Notes: generated by a model not told the origin, from the sequence alone. A stretch of 64,000 nt of DNA from an uncultured Candidatus Bathyarchaeia archaeon (GCA_964396445.1 CAYNFI010000005.1:2351-66350), one strand, 5' to 3'. Shown: positions 11,001 through 19,609, counted from the first letter of the stretch. A program made the numbers and translations.

Positions 11001-11633
11001 CCTCAACAAGAAAGTAACCTAACCTGGTTGGCTTCAGTCAATCTACAAACGCCGTACACAGGTTCCCTGCCAATCTTAGTTTCCATAAGCTTCACAGACG
11101 CGCTAGGTTACAGACACCCATTAAACCAGACCGCGATAATCTTTGTCGAAGGGATCGTTGAGCTTAGGCTACTGGATACAACGACCTCGCCTGAGACGCC
11201 GTACTCAGGTGGGTCGATAACCGTTTCCACAACCCTGCTAAACCTCGGCACCTACAAGGCACGGCACGTTGAGGCGTTTCTAGACGGTGCTATACTGAAA
11301 CCCGGTCTCGGTAACTACACGTATGTAGGAGACGTGGATATCGGCGCCCAAGTTCCCGTTAGCCTAACCGCGGCTTTAAGAGATGTAACAGGCAATAAAA
11401 CCGTATACCTTATCGTAAGCTATAGGGATGTGTTCAACGCACCCGTGACACTAACATTCCCAATCGACATCATCGTAGCCGAGAAGCCTGCGCAGCCCCC
11501 GCCTCAGCCTACATGGCTTGATTTAACAGACGTTTACAAAATCGCTTTGATCATAATGGCGTTCTTCTTGGCTGGTAGCGGTTACATCATCTACAGAATG
11601 TATCAAAAGACGAAGCATAGGGTCCAAGGATGA
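8025..11633 (+). CDS. large secreted, C-terminally anchored multi-domain surface protein (COG1361/CARDB-like S-layer-domain repeats)
   Basis: 1202-aa ORF. N-terminal signal peptide (LCLLFLILIQISALASGPIAQAQ). About 9-10 tandem beta-rich modules of about 125 aa, each opening with a W...(N)P..YPG-type motif. Pro-rich linker EKPAQPPPQPTW followed by a single C-terminal TM helix. Many N-x-S/T sequons. Confidence 0.8.
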   Translation: MKSRTEKRVLCLLFLILIQISALASGPIAQAQGNFTFINSYWGSSTNPQKAYPGSSDARLIVSIRNDLGNDLLSVSATIYLPAGVSSYDGKSYANATGYTQHNDTVSYYVKAGETFQLDFWLNVQNTTLPGEYSCNTLVSYNSLGGEGGESLTISFTISDFPDYSFQTVDVYWTTSGGAAVSASSGSRNLNLNIVQRNLGEDAVDGIDARIDLGNPFTPSKVLSGVNNVGKGDTFTLVFTGISIPVTTGSGSYSTSLQLNCTFNGYGNAVDVSTYTIPVTVSVSGMPSPGLKLVSVSWQDFDKTYPGARKVWLTVEVQNLGDYVVSDILSVLRLPNGFTDPYGNPVVNATSGASINYGAFATLTIGPIYISSSVNPGIYYSEATIYSVGLRDSTQLMLSQSLTLPLIVSGASLYIDLGSVAWTFNGQPAVAIPGATNLALSITLINRGEDTLSGLAASIQLPQGFKLIGASYGTGPIAPAASLTVTFYLNISQNVTTGQYASPLTLTFNANPSSGNNVVSTSIQTPFTVEDPNRFDSPVRLVNAYWGRPGNPTPIYPGSRFSPLTLEFVNNGIYGVQGAYIRVTFGNGFEGVVNQTQLAATLASGSFSSTTLYANVKPSTTPGNYSFSVTQSYFIEVYGAFLYREHSLTVQLQVFKPPVQAPYVKVVSSGWENGSPAYPGCKDAVFTLIIANEAPYSIAGVSTRLLLPEGFSEGGLNGLMTYVPGPIASWQTATLSFRANIGSEVAPRNYTGRLAVEYTLLSGGDNLRVSEENEVTVNVNSLGGFEPVYSNWLSYSPGPGNAGATLLIIVRNNEVPQMRGVYATVRLPQGFTATLTGMETVNVTPVTFTSTTQVQDIISMLTGQGLPTGQAAPVTQTQVGKGDILALSIQVNIGNETTVGYYNLDLEFSFIDQWGSIQRAGLKAFYWLPGSTLSVEVTEGKSRLLIGSRTSIIELFIKNVGTASIRDVYVAIVGAPQGVSVSSSFKYLPDIGPQQESNLTWLASVNLQTPYTGSLPILVSISFTDALGYRHPLNQTAIIFVEGIVELRLLDTTTSPETPYSGGSITVSTTLLNLGTYKARHVEAFLDGAILKPGLGNYTYVGDVDIGAQVPVSLTAALRDVTGNKTVYLIVSYRDVFNAPVTLTFPIDIIVAEKPAQPPPQPTWLDLTDVYKIALIIMAFFLAGSGYIIYRMYQKTKHRVQG

Positions 11634-11639
11634 GCGCTT

Positions 11640-12854
11640 ATGATCAAGCCCTTGGATATTCTCCGCTTCGCCTTCAGTGTTCTATCTGAGAAGAAGATTC
11701 GAGCCGTCCTGACGATTATCGGGATAGCCATAGGTCCAGCGTCTATGGTGACCATCATTGGGACAACTCAAGGATACTCGCAGACGATTCTCGCGCAGCT
11801 GGCTTCCCTCGGAGAAAACATGATCGTCGTGTTTCCGCAGAGGGGATACACGGTGACTGAGACCATGATCTCCAGTGTTAAAGGGATTACAGGCGTCACT
11901 CATGCCGTGCCCTTCTATTCGAAAGAAGGTGTGTTTAGAAGAGCTGACGGCGTGAATCGTGGTGTTGTCCTATACGCGACGGAGTTAGATGTGCTCTTTA
12001 AAACCATGGCAAGCCTCGAGTTTGAGGACGGTACGTTCCCGCAGAAGGCAGCGACGACATCGGGGGTTGTAGGCTATGAGATCGTGTATACCAAGGATGG
12101 GACGAAACTGTATGAGATAGGAGACGCCATCACGGTGAAGCTTCCGGTCTTACAGAATGATAAGCTGGAGTACAAAACTGTTGCGCTGAGGATCAGTGGG
12201 TCACTTAAGAAATACGGCAGCGCCCTCGTAGTGAACCCAGACTCCACGATATTCCTATCCCTTAACGCTGGGAGAGGCGTCCTAGGGCTGACGCAGTACA
12301 CAGGTTTATTCGTAATAACAAAGGACACATCCTACGTTGACGCAGTTACAAGCCAGATCAAGGATAAGTATAAGGACCTTGTACAGGTCATCGCTTTCCA
12401 GCAGATAGCTAAAGCCATAAGCTCCGTTGTGGAAACCTTAAACTTCCTCTTGTTCTCGCTTTCAATATCCGCTTTCGCCGTCGCCATCACCGGAACCATG
12501 GCGACTATGTTCACCTCAATCATAGAAAGAACCAAGGAAATCGGCGTTTTGAAGGCCCTCGGTTTTTCAAGCAGAAACATACTCGTACTTATACTCACAG
12601 AGGGGGTGGTGATGAGCATCATCGGCGGAACTGTCGGAGTGGCTCTGGGAATGACTGGAGCCTATATCCTCTCTTCATCCGGCTCATTCGGTATCAGTGG
12701 GATGGGTATTACAATTACAGCCCAACCGGCGATAAGCCTAGACCTCCTCCTAAGATCCCTGGTAATGGCCATATCCGTAGGAACCTTTGGTGGGCTGATC
12801 CCCGCCTACAGAGCCTCCAAAGTACCGCCCATAGTCGCCCTCAGATACGAGTAA
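11640..12854 (+). CDS. ABC transporter permease, FtsX/MacB-type
   Basis: 404-aa ORF with an N-terminal TM, a large extracytoplasmic domain, then a three-helix C-terminal FtsX-like bundle (EIGVLKALGFSSRNI). It starts 6 nt after the upstream stop. Confidence 0.85.
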   Translation: MIKPLDILRFAFSVLSEKKIRAVLTIIGIAIGPASMVTIIGTTQGYSQTILAQLASLGENMIVVFPQRGYTVTETMISSVKGITGVTHAVPFYSKEGVFRRADGVNRGVVLYATELDVLFKTMASLEFEDGTFPQKAATTSGVVGYEIVYTKDGTKLYEIGDAITVKLPVLQNDKLEYKTVALRISGSLKKYGSALVVNPDSTIFLSLNAGRGVLGLTQYTGLFVITKDTSYVDAVTSQIKDKYKDLVQVIAFQQIAKAISSVVETLNFLLFSLSISAFAVAITGTMATMFTSIIERTKEIGVLKALGFSSRNILVLILTEGVVMSIIGGTVGVALGMTGAYILSSSGSFGISGMGITITAQPAISLDLLLRSLVMAISVGTFGGLIPAYRASKVPPIVALRYE

Positions 12855-12984
12855 CCGATTGTGGCAGGCTGATTAAGGAGGAAATCGTTGGGGTAGGTTT
12901 TCCATAAGTACCCACGAATTCTTTCACGTTAAAAGGATTAGGAGGAGGTGGCTGAAGCCAGAAGCCATACTTCTAGACATAGGT

Positions 12985-13476
12985 TTGAGACTCGGTCTCA
13001 CATTCATGGATATTGGTTGCGGGGATGGTTTCTTCGTCCTTCCAGCCGCGAGGCTTGTGGGTGAGGAGGGGAAAGTCTACGGCTTAGATATAGACCGTGA
13101 GGTTATAGATAGGTTGAAGGAGGAAGCTGCGAGGGAAGGTTTAAGAAACCTAGATTTAAAAGTTGGAGAAGCTGAAGCGGCTCTCTTATGCGAGGCGTGT
13201 GCTGACATCATATTCTTCAGCTCGGTTCTACATGACTTCAAAGACCCAGCTATGGTTTTAATGAACGCTAAGAGGATGCTCAAACATAATGGGCATCTCG
13301 TTAACTTAGATTGGAAAAAAGAACACATTGGGTTAACGGATAAGATTTTCGGTCCTCCGTTGTGGAAAAGGTTCAGCGCTGAGGAGGCGGGACGTTTGAT
13401 AGAGGAAGCGGGTTTCAGGATTGAAACCGTGAAAGAAGCTGGACCGCACCATTACATGATCACCGCGAAACCGTGA
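12985..13476 (+). CDS. class I SAM-dependent methyltransferase (5' end uncertain)
   Basis: Motif I MDIGCGDG, then GKVYGLDID and a post-I acidic loop. The family-like N-terminal sequence continues in frame upstream to 12877 without any ATG/GTG/TTG (see finding). Confidence 0.75.
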   Translation: MRLGLTFMDIGCGDGFFVLPAARLVGEEGKVYGLDIDREVIDRLKEEAAREGLRNLDLKVGEAEAALLCEACADIIFFSSVLHDFKDPAMVLMNAKRMLKHNGHLVNLDWKKEHIGLTDKIFGPPLWKRFSAEEAGRLIEEAGFRIETVKEAGPHHYMITAKP

Positions 13477-13570
13477 TTTCCTGACGGGATAGACCTGGTT
13501 TACAAACTGCACTTCTTTCACAACACTTCAACCCTTCCCATGCATTAACAACAAGTTTTTATTAACGGAT

Positions 13571-14845
13571 ATGTGGGTTAAGGGTGGTCTTAGTGGTGAG
13601 GTACGGGTTATGAATGATCTTAAGGGGAATAGGAAGCGGGTTCTCAAGGAGATGATTAGGCAACTGCAGGCTGGAGTGACCCCGCAGGAAGTTAAGGAAA
13701 AGTTCAGACAGGCTTTGAGTGGATTGACTCCAATTGAGATCGCTGAGATCGAGCAGGAGCTTATAGGGGAAGGGTTGCCCAGGGAGGAGATCAGAAGGTT
13801 ATGCGATGTACACCTCGCAGTTTTCAGCGAACAGCTGGAGAAAGAGAAAACGGAGACTCCACCTGGAAACCCAGTCAGCATCCTTATGGAGGAGCATAAG
13901 ATTCTACTGCAATTCCTGGAAAAACTCAAGACCATCGTGGAACGTGTTCAGCAAGCCGAGGATGCGGGTCGTGTCACCGAGGAAGTAGCACATCTAAGGC
14001 ACTTATCTGAGCATCTCCTAGAAGCGGAGAAGCATTATGTACGGGAGGAAAACGTGCTTTTCCCCGTCCTTGAGAAACACGGAGTCAGTGAGCCACCGGC
14101 GATAATGTGGATGGAACACAACCAGCTGAGGGAGAAAAAGAAGAAGCTTCACAGCCTCGTTGAGAATTTCAAGTATATGAGCTTTCCAGACTTCAAGAGG
14201 CAACTCACCGAAACCGCTACGTCTTTGAACAATCTACTTTCAAGCCATGTCCTTAAAGAAAATAACATTCTTCTACCCGCGGCGTTGCAGCTGGTTACGG
14301 AGCAAGAGTGGGTAAGCGTTAGAAGAGAATTTGATGAAATCGGGTACTGCTGCTTCACACCCGAACATGCAACTGCGGCGCCAGGGTGCGGCGAGCGTGA
14401 AAAAAGGAAGATTGAGGCTGCCCCAGCGCTGGAAGGTGTGTTGCAGTTTGAAACTGGAACACTGGTTAAGGATGAGGTTGAAGCGTTGCTGAACACCCTT
14501 CCCGTAGATGTCACCTTCGTCGATAAGGAGGACAGTGTTAAGTACTTCAGTAACGCTGAGAAGAGGATTTTCATCAGGACAAAAGCCGTTATCGGTAGAA
14601 AGGTGCAGCTTTGCCATCCGCAGAAAAGCGTTCACGTAGTCAACAGAATCGTAGAGTCCTTTAAGGCTGGTAGAAAAGATGTTGCTGATTTCTGGATCCA
14701 GATGAAGGACCGGCTAATCCTTATCCGGTACTTTGCGGTACGGGATAAAGACGGAAAATACTTGGGAACGATGGAAGTAACTCAGGATATCACCGACTTG
14801 AAAAAGATTGAGGGAGAGAAAAGACTTCTAGACTGGAAAGACTGA
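13571..14845 (+). CDS. DUF438 / hemerythrin-like / PAS-domain protein
   Basis: 424-aa ORF. DUF438-like N-terminus (LKEMIRQLQAGVTPQEVKEKF...IEIAEIEQELI), hemerythrin-type H/E segments (MEEHK, HLLEAEKHYVREEN, MWMEHNQ) and a C-terminal PAS-like region. ATG 13610 (MNDLKG) is an alternative start. Confidence 0.7.
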   Translation: MWVKGGLSGEVRVMNDLKGNRKRVLKEMIRQLQAGVTPQEVKEKFRQALSGLTPIEIAEIEQELIGEGLPREEIRRLCDVHLAVFSEQLEKEKTETPPGNPVSILMEEHKILLQFLEKLKTIVERVQQAEDAGRVTEEVAHLRHLSEHLLEAEKHYVREENVLFPVLEKHGVSEPPAIMWMEHNQLREKKKKLHSLVENFKYMSFPDFKRQLTETATSLNNLLSSHVLKENNILLPAALQLVTEQEWVSVRREFDEIGYCCFTPEHATAAPGCGEREKRKIEAAPALEGVLQFETGTLVKDEVEALLNTLPVDVTFVDKEDSVKYFSNAEKRIFIRTKAVIGRKVQLCHPQKSVHVVNRIVESFKAGRKDVADFWIQMKDRLILIRYFAVRDKDGKYLGTMEVTQDITDLKKIEGEKRLLDWKD

Positions 14846-14868
14846 ATCCAGCGAGCTTTCTAACAAAT

Positions 14869-15192
14869 TTACACATTTTTCTTCTCTGGGGTCATCATCA
14901 CTTTGTAGAAGCTGGGTTTAGGGGAACCATCTAGCAGGGACTCCACTTTCTTCCAGGCTTTCCCACGTTCCTTGCTAAGGTGCATAGCTATGAAAGTCTC
15001 TTCGCTTTCATGCTCCACGATCGCGATATAGTTTCCCCTCACCGGTTTCAGCAGTCGCCTCGAAATGAACCCGTCGAATTTCTCATACACCGTGTTCGAC
15101 CATTCAAACCATTTCCTGAACCCGTCGTCTTTCCCCTCCTTAACCCGTGTAAACTGGACTATATTCACAAACACGTTCTCACCTCCATGCAT
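14869..15192 (-). CDS. antibiotic-biosynthesis-monooxygenase (ABM)-like dimeric alpha-beta barrel protein
   Basis: 107-aa ORF. The pattern VFVNIVQFTRVKEG...FISRRLLKP...YIAIVEHESEETF is typical of the ABM fold. Confidence 0.6.
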   Translation of the reverse strand: MHGGENVFVNIVQFTRVKEGKDDGFRKWFEWSNTVYEKFDGFISRRLLKPVRGNYIAIVEHESEETFIAMHLSKERGKAWKKVESLLDGSPKPSFYKVMMTPEKKNV

Positions 15193-15439
15193 TTTGCCTG
15201 CGTTGATTATTTTCTGGGTCGATATGGATTACACAATGCCGGCATCCTGTCTCTCGGCTAATCCTCTCTTCAACCTCATGCGCTATTTTAGCGGCTTCCT
15301 CTATCGGTGTACCCCTTGCCACTTCGATGTGAAAACCTGTGTGAACAAGGTCTGGTCCCACGTACTCAGCCCTCAGATCGCGGACGCCTAAAAGACTAGT
15401 GTTAAGTAACCTGTTAAGGCGATTTTTATACCGCGAGTT
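15179..15439 (-). pseudogene. remnant of a cation diffusion facilitator (CDF) transporter: C-terminal cytoplasmic domain only
   Basis: The frame is open from 15439: ...LLGVRDLRAEYVGPDLVHTGFHIEVARGTPIEEAAKIAHEVEERISRETGCRHCVIHIDPEN matches the CDF C-terminal dimerisation domain. No transmembrane part exists upstream. The only start in frame is GTG 15361. Confidence 0.6.
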
Positions 15440-15490
15440 TCAGTGGCATGCTTCGTCATCTTGGTGTTCCCACGGTATTTTTAAGTAAAG

Positions 15491-16060
15491 CTAATGCTCG
15501 TGTCCGCCTCTTCCTTCTTCTCCGTGTTCAACGCCGCCTTTCACATTCGAGTACAGGTGATGCGAGTACAGGACGAAGCCGAGCATTGCTCGCACGTATT
15601 CCCTCGCAGCGTCCACATCGTTTACATCGTATTTCTTCTTCGCCATGGCTTGTTTGAATCTTTCATGTAGTTCCTCCTCAACAGCATGTGTTAGGAAGTG
15701 TATAACTTCCTTCGGGTTTCCCTCCTCAACGGCTTTTTCCGCCTTCGGCACCACAGGTCCCCAGTCGAGTCCCGCGGGTTTCAGCCCCGTATAAGGCGCT
15801 CCTTCACCTTCTCTATGTAAACGCACAGCAGTTTCGTAGAACCAGTAGTCCGCGAGTTCTAAAGCCTCCCCGCCTTCTTTCCTTACCTTAAGAGTTTTTT
15901 CAAAAGCCTTCTTCAGTTCACCTTCAGCCTTCTTCGGCACCCAAGGAAGTATGAGGTTAATGGTCCCGGTTGCCAAAGCCCTCTTCGCAGCCCTTACAAC
16001 AGGTCCATCAATGGTATCACAATGTGGTGGCATAACTTCACCTCCAATGAAAGACTTCAA
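15491..16060 (-). CDS. conserved hypothetical protein with His-rich C-terminus (possibly DUF6448-like; family name from memory, uncertain)
   Basis: 189-aa ORF with N-terminal PPHCDTIDGPVV motif and tail HGEEGRGGHEH. Confidence 0.55.
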   Translation of the reverse strand: MKSFIGGEVMPPHCDTIDGPVVRAAKRALATGTINLILPWVPKKAEGELKKAFEKTLKVRKEGGEALELADYWFYETAVRLHREGEGAPYTGLKPAGLDWGPVVPKAEKAVEEGNPKEVIHFLTHAVEEELHERFKQAMAKKKYDVNDVDAAREYVRAMLGFVLYSHHLYSNVKGGVEHGEEGRGGHEH

Positions 16061-16249
16061 ACTGATTCTTAATAAAACTTGCGAGTACTCAGTACACGAT
16101 GTGATTCATCGAAGGAGCATATGTGTCGAACTAGGTGGGTTCAACGCTGATCATTAACTCTCTTTGAGGCAGGTAGCGGGTGCTTAAAAAACGAAATAGA
16201 TACATCGCAGAACCTCGGATGAGAAATTATATATGGTATAGGCGTTCGA

Positions 16250-17425
16250 TTGAAGTCTGTAGGAATCGGGTTGAAAGCTACGGTCTCTATCCGTGAAATT
16301 CTACCTAACGAGGAGAAAGAGGTTAGAGAGCTTTATCAAAAGAGTCTAGGTCCAATCGACGAGTTATTCTTCCTTTTAGCTTTCAAAGACGCCCTCAAAT
16401 GCAGGCGTGAGCAACGAGGCACGAACTTAGTAGCTTTATTGGATGGTAGGGTTGTTGGAAGCGTCTCTCTAAGAATCGTAATTATCGAGGAGAAAAAGGT
16501 CGGCCTCATCGACGCCATAGTCACGGATAAGGACCTCCGCGGAAAGGGCATCGGGAAATCCCTCTTAGACTCCGCACTTGCATGGTTTAGTGAAAGGGGA
16601 TGTGAAGCCTTCTACGCCACTGCTGACAGGTATAACTCTCCATCTTGGAACATGTTCATCCACAGGGGCTTTACACCCTACGGATTACGGTCGCAGTTAA
16701 AGGACTTCGGCGTGAACTTCATCCGTTTATGGTTTACGGAATTCTACATCGTTGGGGCGGGCACATTTTTCCTGAAAAAGGAGGGTGTGGAGATGAAGGT
16801 GGAGATGGAGAACGTGAAAGAGGGTGGAGAAGCTTGGTATTATCTCGCTGCTTGGCTCGGTTCAGCCCTATTATGGTGCGCGCCTATCCGGATACTTACT
16901 ATGGGATTAGACGTCTTCCTCCCCATTGTTCCATCACTCTTCGCAGCTGTAGGTCTAAGTGTCTTCGTACACGAGTTCGGACATAAGCTCGCTGCAAGAC
17001 GTTTTGGTTTGGAAACCACCTTCAAGGTTTGGGACTCTGGGTTACTCTTCAGTTTTTTACTAACTTTGTTTTTTGCCGGTTTCTACCCAGCCTATGGCTC
17101 AACCTACATCAAGCGGGTGGACTGGCGTTATAACCCTGGATCTAAGGAGATAGGGTGGACCTACGCTGCAGGTCCAATGCTGAGCCTTTCCCTCGCGTAC
17201 ACGCTCTGGGCCTTTCAGATGGTCGGCGGAAACGGCTTGTTCAGTATGCTGATATTGATAGGGTATCAGACAAGCCTCATTCTAACCATCTTCAACCTCC
17301 TACCAATTAAGGCTTCAGGGGGATTCGCATGGGACGGTAGAAAAATATACACTTGGAACAAAACTGTTTGGTCGCTACTGGTGGTAGGATGCGCGCTGCT
17401 GATACTGAGCAACATACTTTTATAA
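16250..17425 (+). CDS. fusion protein: N-terminal GNAT acetyltransferase + C-terminal M50 (site-2-protease-like) membrane metalloprotease
   Basis: GNAT motif A LRGKGIGKSLLDSALAW in residues about 60-165. This is followed by TM helices carrying HEFGH (HExxH) and NLLPIKASGGFAWDG (NxxPxx..DG). Confidence 0.75.
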   Translation: MKSVGIGLKATVSIREILPNEEKEVRELYQKSLGPIDELFFLLAFKDALKCRREQRGTNLVALLDGRVVGSVSLRIVIIEEKKVGLIDAIVTDKDLRGKGIGKSLLDSALAWFSERGCEAFYATADRYNSPSWNMFIHRGFTPYGLRSQLKDFGVNFIRLWFTEFYIVGAGTFFLKKEGVEMKVEMENVKEGGEAWYYLAAWLGSALLWCAPIRILTMGLDVFLPIVPSLFAAVGLSVFVHEFGHKLAARRFGLETTFKVWDSGLLFSFLLTLFFAGFYPAYGSTYIKRVDWRYNPGSKEIGWTYAAGPMLSLSLAYTLWAFQMVGGNGLFSMLILIGYQTSLILTIFNLLPIKASGGFAWDGRKIYTWNKTVWSLLVVGCALLILSNILL

Positions 17426-17469
17426 CCTTCCAGTGAAGAACACGACGTTTACCGGGTGGGAGATGTTGA

Positions 17470-18696
17470 ATGATGACGCCTAGGGAAAGATGGTATAAAG
17501 TATCGTCGCATCCTCCTCAGTGGCCGGATCGGGTCTGCAAGGAATTCATCGGAGGAACTGGTTCAACCTCACCTTTAGACCAAGAACCATACGGGTTGAA
17601 AGCCATAGCTGAACACGTGGGTGTCCCCGACTATGCAGACCCCAACCCAGACGTGATATGGGGCTACACATACGTTGATGAACGTATATTGAGGAAATTC
17701 AACTGCGACTTCAGGTATATCCCATCCCAGTCTTTTGGTATACTCGGCGATCCAGAGAACTGGAACCGACTTCCTAATGGATATCTTCAGACGGGCTTCG
17801 GCGTGCTATGGAAACCCGCTTACGGCATAAGTAGGCAGGGTGTTCAGCGTATGATGTTGGCGCCTGAGAGTGAACAACCCGCATCGAAGTTGAGGACGTT
17901 AAAGGACTTAGAAGAATACCCTTACTGGCCTCAAACCGAAAAAAGTGTGTTACGAGAGGTTTTGGAGGAGAAGGCGGTTGAAGCAGGCAAGGTTGCGAAG
18001 AGACTGCATGTAGGAACGGACTACGCGATAACAGGCGGCGTGGTAGGATACACGGCTGAACAGCATTATCGTATCCGCGGTTTTAGCCAATGGCTTATGG
18101 ATATGAAGAAGAACCCGGAGTTTTACCATGCCTTCGCGGGTAGAATGTGGCAGACCAGCGAGGATCTGGCGCATATATACCTGAACCAGGTTGGGGATTA
18201 CATCGACAGAGTCAACATGACTCCTGGAGACTTAGGCACTCAGCGTGGACCCATGATCTCGCTAGAGGACCTCCGAGAGTTCGTCATACCCTATGTTAAG
18301 AAGGGCTTCGCACTGATACGTAAGTACACGAGTGCGCGGACGTACGCTCACGCCTGTGGCTCAATGCACCTATACATAAAAGACCTAGCTAAGGCTGGGT
18401 TGGATATGATAGGGCAACAGATCACGCCATACACATTCCACATGGAACCTGAGAGGCTTCATCGAGATTACGGAGACATCATGACCTTCTGGGGAGGCAT
18501 TGATACACAAGTAGTTCTGATCCGTTATCCACCAGATCAGATTAGAGAATGGGTTAAAAGGGTTCTATACGGGTTAGCACCGGGGCATGTCGTAGCATCA
18601 AACCACGCCATACAAGGCGACGTACCACCTGAAAACATATGGATTGCCAACGAGGCTATAGAGGAATTCAGCAAACTGATCTACGGGAACGCGTAG
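17470..18696 (+). CDS. URO-D/MtaA-family protein, long-form paralogue
   Basis: 408-aa ORF with URO-D-like C-terminal half (GDLGTQRGPMISLEDLREFVIPYVKK, YAHACGSMHLYIKDLAKAGLD, TFWGGIDTQ). Confidence 0.7.
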   Translation: MMTPRERWYKVSSHPPQWPDRVCKEFIGGTGSTSPLDQEPYGLKAIAEHVGVPDYADPNPDVIWGYTYVDERILRKFNCDFRYIPSQSFGILGDPENWNRLPNGYLQTGFGVLWKPAYGISRQGVQRMMLAPESEQPASKLRTLKDLEEYPYWPQTEKSVLREVLEEKAVEAGKVAKRLHVGTDYAITGGVVGYTAEQHYRIRGFSQWLMDMKKNPEFYHAFAGRMWQTSEDLAHIYLNQVGDYIDRVNMTPGDLGTQRGPMISLEDLREFVIPYVKKGFALIRKYTSARTYAHACGSMHLYIKDLAKAGLDMIGQQITPYTFHMEPERLHRDYGDIMTFWGGIDTQVVLIRYPPDQIREWVKRVLYGLAPGHVVASNHAIQGDVPPENIWIANEAIEEFSKLIYGNA

Positions 18697-18774
18697 AACA
18701 CCTTATCTACAATCCTTTCAATACCCGATCCTTCTTCCCCATAATTATTCAAAAATGTTTATGTACATTTTTTC

Positions 18775-19527
18775 TTAGAGTTTATAGCCTTCGACTTGGA
18801 CGCTCGTTATCTTCCCTCTTATTTTTTCAGAAACATCTATGTCATAGGTGGATTCAGAAACTATCATAACGTCTCGGAAACCCGCCTTTGCTATACTTCT
18901 TAAGTACTTGCTTTTCTCAAGCGCACCTGCTATGCAGCCAGCCCACGCTTCAAAGCTTTTCCTAACTTCCTCTGGCAATTCTCCTTCAGTAACTAGGTCA
19001 GAGATCATGATCCTCCCACCGGGTTTTAATACTCTGTACACTTCTCGAAACACTCTTGGTTTATCAGGAGACAAGTTGATAACACAGTTGCTGATTACAA
19101 CATCAACGGATGCGTCTTCAATCGGTAGATTCTCTATCTCGCCCAGCCTGAACTCAACGTTTCCGTAGCCATATTCAGAAGCAGTATCCATAGCTCTTTT
19201 AACCATTTCACCTGTCATGTCAACCCCGATTACCTTTCCCTTAAGCCCAACTTTTTTAGCGGCCAAGAATACATCGATTCCACCACCAGAACCTAGATCT
19301 AACACGGTTTCACCAACCTTCAGACTGGCTAATGCAACAGGGTTTCCACAGCCTAAGCCCATGTTTGAGATATCTGGGACGCTTCTCAAATCCTCCTCAG
19401 AGTAGCCTATCTGAAAGGCTACGTCTCTGGTTGAAGGTCCACAGCTGCATGATGGACAGCAAGTTTTTCCAGTTTTCGCTATTTCACCGTATCTTTTTTT
19501 CACATGCTTCTTGACATCGCCTTCCAC
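18775..19527 (-). CDS. arsM: arsenite methyltransferase-like SAM-dependent methyltransferase
   Basis: N-terminal Cys cluster (CCPSCSC), motif I VLDLGSGGGID, and VISNCVINLSPDK plus LKPGGR typical of ArsM/Cyt19. Confidence 0.75.
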   Translation of the reverse strand: MEGDVKKHVKKRYGEIAKTGKTCCPSCSCGPSTRDVAFQIGYSEEDLRSVPDISNMGLGCGNPVALASLKVGETVLDLGSGGGIDVFLAAKKVGLKGKVIGVDMTGEMVKRAMDTASEYGYGNVEFRLGEIENLPIEDASVDVVISNCVINLSPDKPRVFREVYRVLKPGGRIMISDLVTEGELPEEVRKSFEAWAGCIAGALEKSKYLRSIAKAGFRDVMIVSESTYDIDVSEKIRGKITSVQVEGYKL

Positions 19528-19609
19528 TTATTTTACCTCCTAACTCATCGGGTTTCCTGTATGATTTACCACGGAAATCATACGTTTTTTTATTAACCTC
19601 TGCTCCTAT

